A stretch of DNA of 64,000 nucleotides from positions 19,718,001-19,782,000 of the forward strand of contig NC_087436.1 of assembly GCF_036321535.1 (NCBI RefSeq), in the 5' to 3' direction. A program made the translations under genes and the position numbers. Shown piece by piece: positions 26,106-37,600 of the stretch. The DNA comes from Camelus dromedarius. Lineage: Eukaryota. The notes beneath the pieces are model-generated. The model did no database searches. It had not been told where the DNA came from and was given only the letters and a program-made list of their open reading frames with translations. How positions within the stretch are numbered: position 1 is the first letter of the stretch; each line of letters starts with the position of its first letter.

Positions 26106-26815
26106 TCATTTATTTTATTAATTCCCCTTTTGCAAAGCTTATTTCCAGGGAATAACAAAGGTTGTTAGGAAGGCCACTAAGTTCTTGAGTACTTCATGAA
26201 ATTAAACGCTCTTGGCCTAAAAAGATACATGGTTTTACCTCTCTCAGGTCCGGGTGGAGAGCATTAGGGCTCCTTCCATAGGCATAAAGGAGTCCATCAT
26301 GAGAGAGAGTTTGTAGCTTGGAATTAAGTTCATCTTGGGTCTGGAATTCCGCCTGGAAAGTTAGCTATCTCTAGCTGTTGCCCAAAGATCGTCATTATGA
26401 GTGAAGCCATGAGGCAACACCCAAGATTAATCAAAGTAATAGGATTATAATAGGAGGGAGATAGGCCATGAAAATGAATGTGAGGAAATTAAAACCAGGT
26501 TGGTTGTATTATAACCCGCCCAGACAGCAGGACGATGGTCATCAGAGAACGTAGAAAAGGGGACATGAATTGGGTTGTGTTTATCCAGAACCATCCAAGA
26601 GATAGGGGGCTGGAATCCACAGACACGTTCCTCGAACAGAGAGGTCTGCTCTGGTTTAGGACAGGGAGCATTTACTGGATTTTCCTTGGCATGAATAACG
26701 TATTTTTCAAAATTGTCTCCCTTTCTATGAACTAATTTCATGCCGACTGACTTGGCAAGTGTGCCAGTTGTCAACATAGTGCCTCTCAGTTCCAAATCCA
26801 CCCTTCATTATCTAC

Positions 26816-27381
26816 TGTATGAGAATTGAGGGGGGCCCTGTAAATAGTTCTCTTTTTCCATCTGGCAGGGTGTTATGCCAGGAGAGAGTAAGGAAGGATG
26901 CCAGGGGAGGAAGGGTTTTTCCCCTGTTCTGCTCTGTGCTCCTCCCCAGAACCTTCTGTTGTGTGTGGACACTCCACTGCCAGGCTCCTGCAGCCAGCAG
27001 CAGCCAACAGCATGCAGGGGCCAAGAGCACCTCCCCTGCGACTTCGCAGTACATTTCAAGGTGTGGTGCCTCTCTGTGGATGGCCCCCCTGAAGCCCTAG
27101 GGTGGGTTTCCAGCAAGTTCTACTGGCAGAGCATCTCAGTGACCTGTCAGCCAGCCAGTGAGCCATGGCTGCACCCTCTCCAACAAGGTCTGTTTCTTCC
27201 TTGGGTACTCTAGCCTAGGGCTCCTGGCTCTTCCTTGTCTCTGCCCTTCTTGTATGCCTCAGAGTTACTTATAGTTCTTACTAGTGACTTCCTTATACCT
27301 AATAATCCTGGATATTAAACATTCCCTGTTTGAATTACTGAGTGGCTTTTCCTCTCTCTTTATTGGACCCTGGCTGATTCA
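26816..27381 (+). mobile_element. Solo ERVL-class LTR (LTR41/LTR52-like)
   Basis: TG...CA ends; 3' end 'attaaacattccctgtttgaattactgagtggc...ttggaccctggctgattca'; GC-richer than its flanks. Confidence 0.75.
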
Positions 27382-27843
27382 GCCAACATCTTTGTGAAAT
27401 TCACTCAACTTCTCAGAAACCAAGGTTCTTTACAAGAGTGTTCCCTGAATATCGAGCATAAATAATCCATTCAAGATATGGTAATATTTACCACCGTAAC
27501 TAAAACATTCGATGGTTGGTTTTTACATCAGTTCCTTGTGAGTTTGGTTATTTGTCAGTACCTCAAAGCCCTATCAACTCTGGTTGTCCAAACGGAACCA
27601 GATCTAGACCTGAAAATCTTGGGACAGTGGGAGCCTCACCATCACCCCACCACTGTATTGGCAGCCATCTGGCTTCTTTTCGTAACACCTCTGCTTCAGT
27701 TCTTGAAATTACGATGCTTAATGCTACTTTGCTACTTCAGGAAAGATATAAATTTGCCAAAATGGAAAAAGTTAACGACCCAGGAAAGAACCTTATATTC
27801 TGGTTCATTTGCTCGGTGGTCAGCAGGAGAGGTTAGGATAATA

Positions 27844-27900
27844 TGATGGCTACTGACAATGAACTTGACCGACTAACGGGTCACAAGTCAGTAGCCATCA
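27844..27900. repeat. Perfect 14-bp inverted repeat (hairpin)
   Basis: tgatggctactgac (27844-57) and gtcagtagccatca (27887-900); inner tgacc/ggtca stem. Confidence 0.95.
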
Positions 27901-30019
27901 ATGTGCCATGAAGATAAGCAGTGGACCTCTCCGAGTGCTTGCCATGCCATTATACGGACTCGAATTCTTTCTCTACTCAAGGCAGTAATATAGTCTTAAT
28001 ACTCAATCTGCAAAGTCTTACCAAACTGGAATCTGAAAGAGCAAGAAATTAAATATTGGTCAAAAAGACATTTCTACTTTCAGTCTGCAGTGTAAACTTG
28101 TCCTTAATCTGTCGTCGCGACTTTCACATGAAAGAGTTCCAAATAGACCTTGACCATATTAGGTGAAGAACTTGATCTCCAAATCACATTTTTAAACAAC
28201 CGTCCTGCATTGCTTACACCAAAGGCGCTCTATTCAGATTCGGAGCAAAGCATTTGGAGTAGCATATTGCTTTACCAAAATTAAAGAATTTAGTCACACA
28301 CAAGTGCAGAAGAACAACAACAGTGCAGGGAAAGGAATGATTTCTTCCTGCTGCTCTTCTCTGTGTGTTATCACCCATCAGTTGAACCTTAAAGCTAAAA
28401 AGAGCTCATGAATTTACCTTCAATTTCATACATAAATAGAAGGGGCCTTCGGGGAGGCACCCACTTTACGCTTCCAACCAAAGCAACGAAACTCGAGACA
28501 CTCTTCAAAACTCTGCAGTACATTTTTTCCCCTACACATCTGGTAAGTTCATTCTCAGAGCTGCAAAAACTGTATACCCTGGACCCCTCACATGTATTTA
28601 CTGATAGAAAAATGAGGGTCTTCGTTAAATAATGGAACTTTATTAAAGATGAACTTCTTCATGTTTCTATCCCAGTGTTGATTACTGTGGCCTTTTCTTA
28701 TCTTTATAAATATAAGAAACTACCCAGCAAACGTCAGGGGCTGTTGGATCTACTTTTAAAATTAGATTTGAGTGTTTATCACATGTACTTGCTACTCAGT
28801 TTTAATCTTTTGGGTAACTTTTCCGGATGGGTAAGCTTACTCATTACATGTTGGTTCCTATTAGCTTTATTCTCTTTATTCCCATGTTCTTGGGAGGTAT
28901 CCCACTGAATAGTTCTATATATTATCTACATTATGGACTTGGATTCTCCACAACCTGTCAACTTGTTTGTGTAGTGAGATAAAAATGGGCTCCACCCATA
29001 GAGTTGGATTCTGAGACATTTTCAGAGACTAGGGACCCTTCTGTGCCGCTGAAGTTCTTTTCTATTCCTTACTTTGACATCTTCTTTAAGGATTATGCAC
29101 GTTCAGTTGTTCATGTGAATGGTGCTCTCATGTTGTGCAGTGCACAACACACATGGCAGGCCCTGGTCACCCAGCCTCCTTCCTGACTGTTCTCTCCACT
29201 CTTTCCTCCTCATTGGGCTATGCTTAGTAATAAGAAGCTCTGGGCTTCAGTCTAGAGATAGACAAGAGAGAACTGAAGACAATCATTTTGGCCAGGTTGA
29301 TTTTCAGTAGGCATCTCATGAGATCGCCACAGTAGTAGAGATCTTTTCATTGTTCAGTCCCTTCCTTAATCTTTATTGCTGCTGATTACTTTGACTCCAT
29401 ATTTTTCTTTCACAAATTCTCTAGAATGAAAAACATAACAAAAAGGAATAGACACTTGAATCTATTATCTTTTCTGTTAGCTCAAAAGGCAATCACTCAG
29501 ATGAAGTTTCTGGATGTTTCCTGAGCTCTCTGATATCTCCATAGCAAGGCTAACTGAAAGCTTACCATATAAAACTGTCCTCATTATATTTCTATGAAAG
29601 CCTACATAAAAATGAACACCTACACCATTCCCAACCAGCAAGCACTTTTCATAACATGAGAAGTTTAAGTGATTTCCAGTTTCATCGCAATATAATTGTT
29701 TGGAGCCCGTAAGTCAAGAGACACTTCATGCTTACATGAAATTAAACAGAGAGCTTTCCCACCCTCCCAAAGCTTAGCATCTGTTGTACAGCATTTGTGA
29801 ATTATTGCTAATGGGCACATGTAGGCGCATTTAGGCACATAGGCGTTTGAACACCTGAGACAAGGTGGGGGTTTAAGAGGAAAGGAAGGCCAGAATAAGG
29901 CAACTAGGAAGACTATGCCGTCCTACTGCATCCCGCTCCCTCCACAGAACCTTTTTCCAATTTACACAAAAGCACAGAGTTTGAGCCAATGTTACCAAAC
30001 AGTACTTTACAAGAAAGGG

Positions 30020-30990
30020 ACCTAGCATTTGCTTCGTAAGCTGTGTGCCAGGAGCTTTATATGAGCTCCATTAAATTTCACAATATCCCAAAAAGGTAAA
30101 TATAGGCTGGAAATGGGAGTTGGAGATGGGAGGTGGGAGGTGGGAGGTAGGAATGGGAGGTCTGACGTGGGAGGTGGGAGGTGGGAGGTCGGAGCTTAGT
30201 GAGGTTACACAATTTGCCCGTGGACCTACAGCTAATAAATAATGGGAACCAAAGTGGGACGTAGATCTCTCTCTCAGGCCCATTCTCCTTTTAAATGTTT
30301 GTTATTTCATTATGAAAATATAAACATAAAAATAGAAATAATACGTCAAATTTTCACATACCCACCACCACCGTTTAATACATGTTATTATTTTGCTGTA
30401 TTTACCTCTAAACCTTTTAACTTAAGAATAAAATGTTATAGACAAAACGGAAATCACCCACCCACCCAAAACGGATTCCCACTTCCTCCTTCTGCAACAT
30501 CGACCAAGAGCCTGAAATTGGGGTGCATCCTTGCCCATCTTGTTTTTGTATTTTTATTGATACTTAATGTGTATGAATGTATTCATAGTGACATATGATG
30601 TGCTGCTTGTTTTACCTTCTTTCATTGGTGGTATCATGATGTGTGTATACTTTTGGTAGCTTGGTTTTTATACTCACAGTTATATTTATAAGCTTTATTC
30701 TTGTTGATAGATTCAGAACCTGTAGCTCTGGCTTACTCTTCCCAACAATTTACTATTTTATTATTTGGTTCTTCCACACTTCCTAGTGGTGGCTATTTAG
30801 ATTTTTTTTAATGTTGCTATTATCAATAATAATGCAGTGACGATTCTTTCTACATATCCCCTTGTGCACATGTGTGAAAGTTTCTCTAAGAAATGTTTCT
30901 TGAAATGGAATTTCTGGGCCCTAGGGTATGTGCATTTTCAGATTTTTGATATTGCCAAATTGTTTCCCATCTTGGACTGACTCCCACCCC
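30020..30990. mobile_element. MIR containing a (GGAGGTG)n expansion (~30113-30192), followed by an old L1ME fragment (minus strand)
   Basis: 'gaggttacacaatttgccc...acagctaataaat'; 'ggaatttctgggccctagggtatgtgcatttt'. Confidence 0.65.
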
Positions 30991-31120
30991 ACGAGCAATG
31001 AAGATCGTTCTCGTGACTTCCAAGCCTTGTCAGCTCTTGGCCTGCGCATGACCTTGACCTTGTGCCAGGCCAAAGCCTGATTCCTTGAATTATATCCGCA
31101 AGTCAACACATGCAGGAATT

Positions 31121-31282
31121 GAGGAGGGGAGCTCAGTGGTAGAGTGCATGCTTAGCATGTATGAGGTCCTGGTTCAATCCCCTGTACCTCCATTAAAAAT
31201 AAAATAAAGTAAAAGAATATATAATATAGCCTATAAAATTTAAATAACCAATAAAGACTTTAAAACAAAAATTTAAAAAGAA
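31121..31282 (+). mobile_element. Vic-1-like SINE
   Basis: 'gctcagtggtagagtgcatgcttagcatg...ggttcaatcccc'; TSD atgcaggaatt on both sides. Confidence 0.9.
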
Positions 31283-31669
31283 GATATGCAGGAATTTTAC
31301 TTCATGATAATAGATAGTAACTTTAGCTAAACTGTATTCAAGGGATTTTGAAGAATTTGTTTGTTTAGCCTTTTATGTACAACAATTCTTCATTATTTAA
31401 CTCCTTTAAAATAAAAATAACAGACCTCATAACTTGACATGTATTTGGCTACCAGATATATTTTTTTAGAATCTTCATCATACATTTTTATCTGGGGGTT
31501 TTGTAAACGGTGATTAACTCTATTCACTATGTAATTAACTTTTTTTTCAAACTGGGATTTAAAAATTTTTTCCCCCTTGTCTTTATCAGACTTGGTCTGC
31601 AGAAGTAATTTTAACATATTTCCCTTGGAGAAAAAAGTAAGCTCTCCAATACTTTTTGGTTTAATTCTT

Positions 31670-31945
31670 ATTTTTTATTGAAGTGTAGTCAATTTATAAT
31701 GTCAGTTTCATGTGTACAGCAAAGCAGTTCAGTTACACATATATGTATTTTTCAGATTCTTTTCCATTACAGCTCATTATAAGGAACTGAATATAGTCCC
31801 CTGTAGTATTCAGTAGGTCCTTGTTGTTTATCTATTTTATATACAGTAGTGTATATCTAGTAATCCCAAATTCCTAATCTATTCCTCCTCCCTTCTTTCT
31901 CCTCAGGTAACCACAGTTTATTTTCTATGTCTGTGAGCCTATTTC
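31670..31945 (-). mobile_element. L1 3' end
   Basis: 'ttttattgaagtgtagtcaattta...gtgtacagcaaagcagttcag'. Confidence 0.9.
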
Positions 31946-32649
31946 CAATACTTGTTAATTGAAATACTCAAAACTAACCAGCAAGAGAGTGCCCTAAACC
32001 TTAGGGTGGATTTGTAACTGGCCCCATATTCTACTAGATTATTACTGGAAAGAGAATTCCTTGTTATTATCAGTCCTATAAGATCTAGTGCCAGGATCCT
32101 TCCTGTGGTGCCCTTTCAAGCTAGTTGATGTCAAATGCTCGTCTCTGCCTCTCCAATTGCCCCTTATTTCACTGCACATTGAAATTCTTTAATCAAGAGG
32201 CCAGAAGCCATGAAGGCTAGATTTCAAGAGAGATAACAGCAGTCCCACCTCCTAGACTCTCTGATACCTAAACTAACACCCCCACAGAGCATTCCAAGAG
32301 CTGGAGCCAACTAACCTTTCCTGATGCTCCAGCCTCGCCCCTTGATTTAGTGATGCTTGTGGTGCAAACTACCAGAGTTTGAGAGGTCAAAGTGGTGCAA
32401 TAACCAGCTGGGTCACAGAGTGCCAAATATACCAATATTCCGGCTTTTAAAATCCTAGGTGACCTATACCTAGGGTAAGATAGAAAAGGATCTAGCAAGA
32501 AAGCAGGACAGGTTACTCCTTATTTAGGTAAAATTACAACAAAGGAGTGTAAATGAAGAAGACGACTCTTATTTTCACTTGGTTCTGTGTGATAGAGACT
32601 TACAAAGCCTCTCCGGTTGCTGAAGGCATATCTTACTCACTGGCCCTGA

Positions 32650-34345
32650 ATTCTCCCAGTGTGGTCCGTGAACCCTATGGGCCCTGAGAACCTTTAGGGG
32701 TCCTCAAACTATTTTTATAATACAATTAATACATTGCCTTTGCACTGCGTTGGCTTCTACATTGATGGCAGGGAAAACTGCCAGTGACACAGCACGGATC
32801 AAGGGGGTGACTCCAGGCTGCCCTGGCGGTCATTGCATTCACTCTTCACCACCACACACTCACAGTGGGGGATGCCAATTTCACTTAAGAATGGCCTTGA
32901 TAAGTTTATTTGTGTCTTTTTTTTAGATTTCACATCTAAGTGAAATCATATGGCATTTGTCTTTCTCTGTCTGACTTACTTCACTTAGTATAATAATCTC
33001 TAGGTCCATCCATGTTGCTGCATTATTTCATTATTTTTATGGCTGAATAGTATTCATACTATTCATATATATACTACATCTTCTTCAGTCATCTGTCGAT
33101 GGGCATTGATGTTGCTTCCATGTCTTGGCTATTGTAAACAGTGCTGCAATGAACATTGGGGTACAAAACAGAAACAGACTCACAGACATGGAAAACCAGC
33201 TTATGATTACCTGGGGGAAGGGGGTGGGAAGAGATAAATTGGGAGTTTGAGATTTGCAAATACTAACTACTATGTATAAAGTAGATAAACAACAAGGTCC
33301 TTCTGTATTTCATAAGGAACTATATTCAATAGCTTATAATAAAAAGAATATATATATGCTTAACTGAATTACTATGCTGTACACTAGAAATTAACACAAC
33401 ATTGTAAATCAACTATACTTTAATTAAAAAAAGAATGTCCTTGATAAAGCAGCAAAAATTATTAATTTTATTAAATTTTTGAATAGAAAAATAGATAAAC
33501 CTTTGAATATAGGATTTTAAAATATCCTATGTGAAGAAATAAGCAGTACACATAAAGCATTTCTGGGCATTTCAAAGTACAGTGAACGTCTCTGGGAAAA
33601 GTACTGGAGTGATTGAGCACAGCTGAACTAGCCACTTTTTTCACAGAATACCATTTTTCCTTAAAAAATTACTCTCAGACTAACTATAGTTTTTCCTGTT
33701 GATGTATTTGATAGTAGACATTTCCTTTTTTTTTTTTTTTAAATGAATGAAATGATCCTGTCGCCTGGAGGAAAACAACTGAGAGTTTTTGTCACCAACA
33801 ATAAAATTTGAGCTTTCAAGTGAAAATTAGAATTTTTAAAAATCTATATTTGCCACCATCAGCCTGACAACTTCCTAACACTTGAACATCTTTTAAGTGA
33901 GTTCGGTGGTGACATTAATGAATGTGGTTCTGATATCACCTAGTGAGGTGTGTCAACATTTGGAAGATCTACATAATTCACTAAACCCATATTTTCCAAA
34001 TAAACAATTCACATAGCAAAATCATTTTTGAATCGATTTTAATGCAACATGACAGGAAATGCTTATCAGCATGGTTTCAGATTCCACACTGCAACTAACC
34101 TTTAAGAAATGACCACTTGTCAAGCTTTGGTGTGGCCTCAAAGAGTACTCACAGTTACTTGAAAAGGCTATCAAAATTCTCTTCTTTTTCCCAATTACAT
34201 ATCTGAGTCAAGCTGGATTTTCTTCATATTTTAACTTAGAGGATGTACAACAGATTGAATGTAGACGCATTATCTGAGAATGCTGTTGTCTCCTATTATG
34301 CCAGAGATTAAAGAGATTTGCAAAAATCTGAAACCTCATTTCTAT
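32650..34345. mobile_element. Charlie1-like hAT transposon relic with a nested 5'-inverted L1 (32904-33430)
   Basis: 'ataaaatttgagctttcaagtgaaaattagaattt' and 'ccacactgcaactaacctttaagaaa'; L1 TSD aagaatggccttgataa/aagaatgtccttgataa. Confidence 0.8.
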
Positions 34346-35574
34346 GTTCCCTTTGCTTAAAATCTTTAAATGGATTTGGACTGGCTTGTTATGCCTTATA
34401 GGCATAGTTTTATTGGCTTAATGGATTGAAGGAAACTATTTGGAATCAGGAAGATACACTTCCAGTGGATGAACTTGAGAATTTTCAAAACTGAGTTCTC
34501 CGTGTGGTTGTTTCAGCTACATTCTCATGAGACTTTCAAATGTTGCAACTTCTATGGAAAGACTTAAGAACAAGTTGCTGGTTAGTGAACTCTAAGCTAC
34601 TATAGGTGTAAGGCATGTCCTTTGCCTTCTTGTGCGGACTGGAGTGGAGAGGATGACCTGTTCTTTCCAATTCTAATGTGCCATGGTCCTATTCCACGAT
34701 AGGGTACAATTCATAAAGCATTCTAGAAATTTCCAACATATGCTCGATTATTTTCTTTATAATGACTATAATATCTTGTTACTAATGCATCATGGTCTTA
34801 TTTCACTAATGCCTGGAGAAGTAGAAACATTTTCACACTAAGGTCAGGCAGAGTGATCGAGGAAAGAGATTAGACAACACTGGAGATCTGGGTTCTAGTT
34901 CTGGCTCTAGAAAATTTACTTAGCTTCCCTGCAATTTATATTTCTTATTCTGTTAAGTGAGAAGGTCAAGTGTATGTTCTGCAAGATCCCTCTCTCCTGT
35001 TCCTAATATTTGATGAAACTGGAAAGAATTCAAGAGATCATCTCTGGAAGTCTGCCTCGTGTGGTCTCTCCAGTAATTGAAAACATTAGACGAATGGACT
35101 TTGAAGTCCCTTTTAGTTCAGTGATCATTGAGACCTTTTCTACTCAGGAATAAATGTATGTCTTAAAAACGCCATTTTTTTTTTACATTCTTATGTGTGG
35201 CAGAGGGTGTCCTAAGACTTTTCATCATTAAGGGCAATGCCACAGGGTTCAGTTGTACTGACAAAACTTGTTGATTTGAAATAACCATATTTTTCATTTC
35301 AGACCAATTAGGCTGTGGTTGCATGGACACCATCTGGATTTTCCAGAGGGATCCAGGGTAAACACTGCCGGTGCCAGACCCCAGGTCCTGCTGAGATTAA
35401 ATGCCTTAGGGGCTGGACCCAGAAATGTGATTAACAGAAGTAGTAGACAAACCATGCTGGAGGGAGATTCTCCATAGTGTAAGCCATTTGGAATGAAAAA
35501 GTTCAGAACTGGGCAAGCGGTGACGATGAGGCCCTCAGCCTGTAAACTAGTCATCATGTCAAAAGCCCAGTTTG

Positions 35575-35685
35575 TGGCAGAGTGTGTGCTTAGCATGCAT
35601 GAGGTCCTGGGTCCAATCCCCAGTACCTCCACTGAAAATAAATAAATAAACCTAATTACTCCCCCCCAAATAAATTAATTTTTTA
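35575..35685 (+). mobile_element. 5'-truncated Vic-1-like SINE
   Basis: SINE body; TSD aaaagcccagtttg/aaaaacccagtttg. Confidence 0.9.
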
Positions 35686-36599
35686 AAAACCCAGTTTGCA
35701 AATAAGCCCCAAGGTTATGAGGGAGAGAGCAGTAGAGAGGACATTGGGTAACAGTGATGGAGAGGAATAGGGTGGACCTCTTGGCTTAAACACCCCCCCA
35801 TAAACAATCCTCACACTTCTGTTTATTAATGTGGACATAGAGAAAACCCTTGCTTAAGATGGTTTCGCAAGTGTTCTGAAACTTCTAGAAAGAGCTGGAA
35901 TTTGTGACTAGAAGGTGCAAATCAGGGCAGACTGCCACTGCTGAGCTTTATTGTCTTTATGTGGGCAGCTCATATTTCAAACGAAATTGTGAGAAAGCGC
36001 TGGGGCATCTATATCTTAATCCACTAATTTATCTTCACCCACTTCTTTTATGTACAAGAAGTATCCAAGATAAGCAGCTCTTTGGGGAAACTTGAAAATC
36101 CTGTATTGACTAGAACTTAGATTCCACAAAATGAATTTAGGAGGTAGCGTCAGCACTACCTGTAAATGTTTAGAATTTGTAGCTTGATGTCAAAGGCTTT
36201 ATATTGTTTTAACATCACCTTGAATTTGGTTTTTTACCTGAACTAATGAAGGTGAAGAAAACGGAGAATTTATTTCTTTGATGGACGAAGAAGCTCTGTC
36301 GGTGAAAGAAATACAGTGTCAAAGTGAGCGTTTCATGGGATTATTTCACTGTGTTAGGAAAGCATTCGCCTTTACACAGCATCCGGGGGAAAACAAGACA
36401 CGTGAAGCAAGCCGCTCTGCTGTAAAATGAATGCCAAACTGACCAAAAAAAAAAAAAAAAAAAAAAAAAAAAGCATAAAAGTTAATATTAATGGCTTCGT
36501 GTCAAGGTAAGACTTTTTTCTTCTAACAAGGTGCTGTAGCAGCACAATATTTTTAAATAGTCTCATTAACATCACATAATACTAATAACTATCAGCTCA

Positions 36600-36860
36600 G
36601 AAGATAGACTGGAGATCATTTGAATAAAAATGTGAAGACGGTGTGATGCTGGAGGGACCACAAACACAGAAGGAATTGAATTAAAATTTGTAAAATCATG
36701 ACAGATTGGAGCAAAGGAAGAGATCAATAAAAGGAGTTTAATAATGATGAATACAGAAGTGCTATCCGAAGACAGTTAATGATTCAGTGTGCGAATTAAG
36801 TAGAGGGAAAGGATTAGGGAGCAATACAGCAAAGAAAAACATGATCTTATGTGGGGTGAT
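36600..36860 (+). mobile_element. CR1/L3 relic
   Basis: 'gaattaaaattt...tgacagattggagcaa...aataaaaggagtttaataatgatgaatacagaagtgc' resembles the CR1 RT 3' region. Confidence 0.5.
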
Positions 36861-37351
36861 GATTTAAAAAGACTTTATCAAAATAAACCGGGTACTCAGG
36901 GCCTGCATGAGCTCTTTGTTTGTTTCAGGCCTATTACTTCACACACACACATCCCCTCGGTTCATATTTGAACTCAGTTCACCGGTGCCCAGTGGGAGAA
37001 GGCTCTGGGGCAAGGCAGTGTGGTGAGAGTGATGGGAGAGTGAGGATGGGGGTGATGGTAGGGAGGGAAAGCAAAAACTAGGGCACCTGTGAGCTTACAG
37101 GTAGGCAGCACACCCAGGGGTGGTACCATCGGAAGACATGGATCTAATACAGCCTCCCTCCCACATATTTACAAAAGTGGCCACATGGGCTTTATATGGC
37201 ACGGGTCATCAGTTTGTAAAGGAAATCTAACGTGCAAAGTTATGTATTTGACATTCTGAATGAAGACTTTCCAATGAAATTGGATTGTCTGTCTTGGGTC
37301 CATTAATAATCAGCCAATTGGTGAGAAGTTTCAAGCTCATTCTCTTTTCTG

Positions 37352-37600
37352 TTTTTTTTTTTTTTTTGTATATATATTTTTATTGAAGTATAGTCAGTTT
37401 GCAATGTTGTGTCAATTTCTGGTGTACAGCACAGTGCTTCAGCCACACATGAACATACATATATTTGTTTTCATATTCTTTTTCACCATAAGTGACTACA
37501 AGATACTGAATATAGTTCCCTGTGCTATACAGTATGAACTCATTGTTTATCTATTTCGTATATATTAGTTAGTATCTGAAAATCTCGAACTCTCAATTCT
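37352..37600 (-). mobile_element. L1 3' end
   Basis: Poly-T then 'ttattgaagtatagtcagttt...tgctatacagta'. Confidence 0.9.

Larger units (their letters stand above)
26700..29430 (+). pseudogene. Candidate endogenous Mononegavirales L (RdRp)-like viral element, heavily decayed and interrupted by an LTR
   Basis: Ordered degenerate L motifs: HP (27643), YFRK (27733), LKEQEIKxxxxRHF (28033-28074), SDSEQ~TDLEK (28234), HL.......QKLYT~HMGGIEGxxQKLWT (28537-28578), LFIPMFLGG..LG (28872-28943), DPS (29034), PLFP (29196). The first five share one frame. Confidence 0.5.

Noticed and set aside
26245..26285. DnaJ-like AYxxxxxxxHPD on the minus strand
   Set aside because: A single short motif without the surrounding J-domain pattern
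26445..26801. Parvovirus capsid-like similarity of the 118-aa minus-strand ORF
   Set aside because: Only a few scattered residues match, and the order relative to the Rep-like hint at 19.4 kb is wrong
26808..27213. Five overlapping ORFs
   Set aside because: All lie within the GC-richer LTR and are chance stop-free frames
27516..27836. Bornavirus N- or G-like match (LGTVGASPSPHHCIG)
   Set aside because: The similarity does not extend and conflicts with the better-supported L frame
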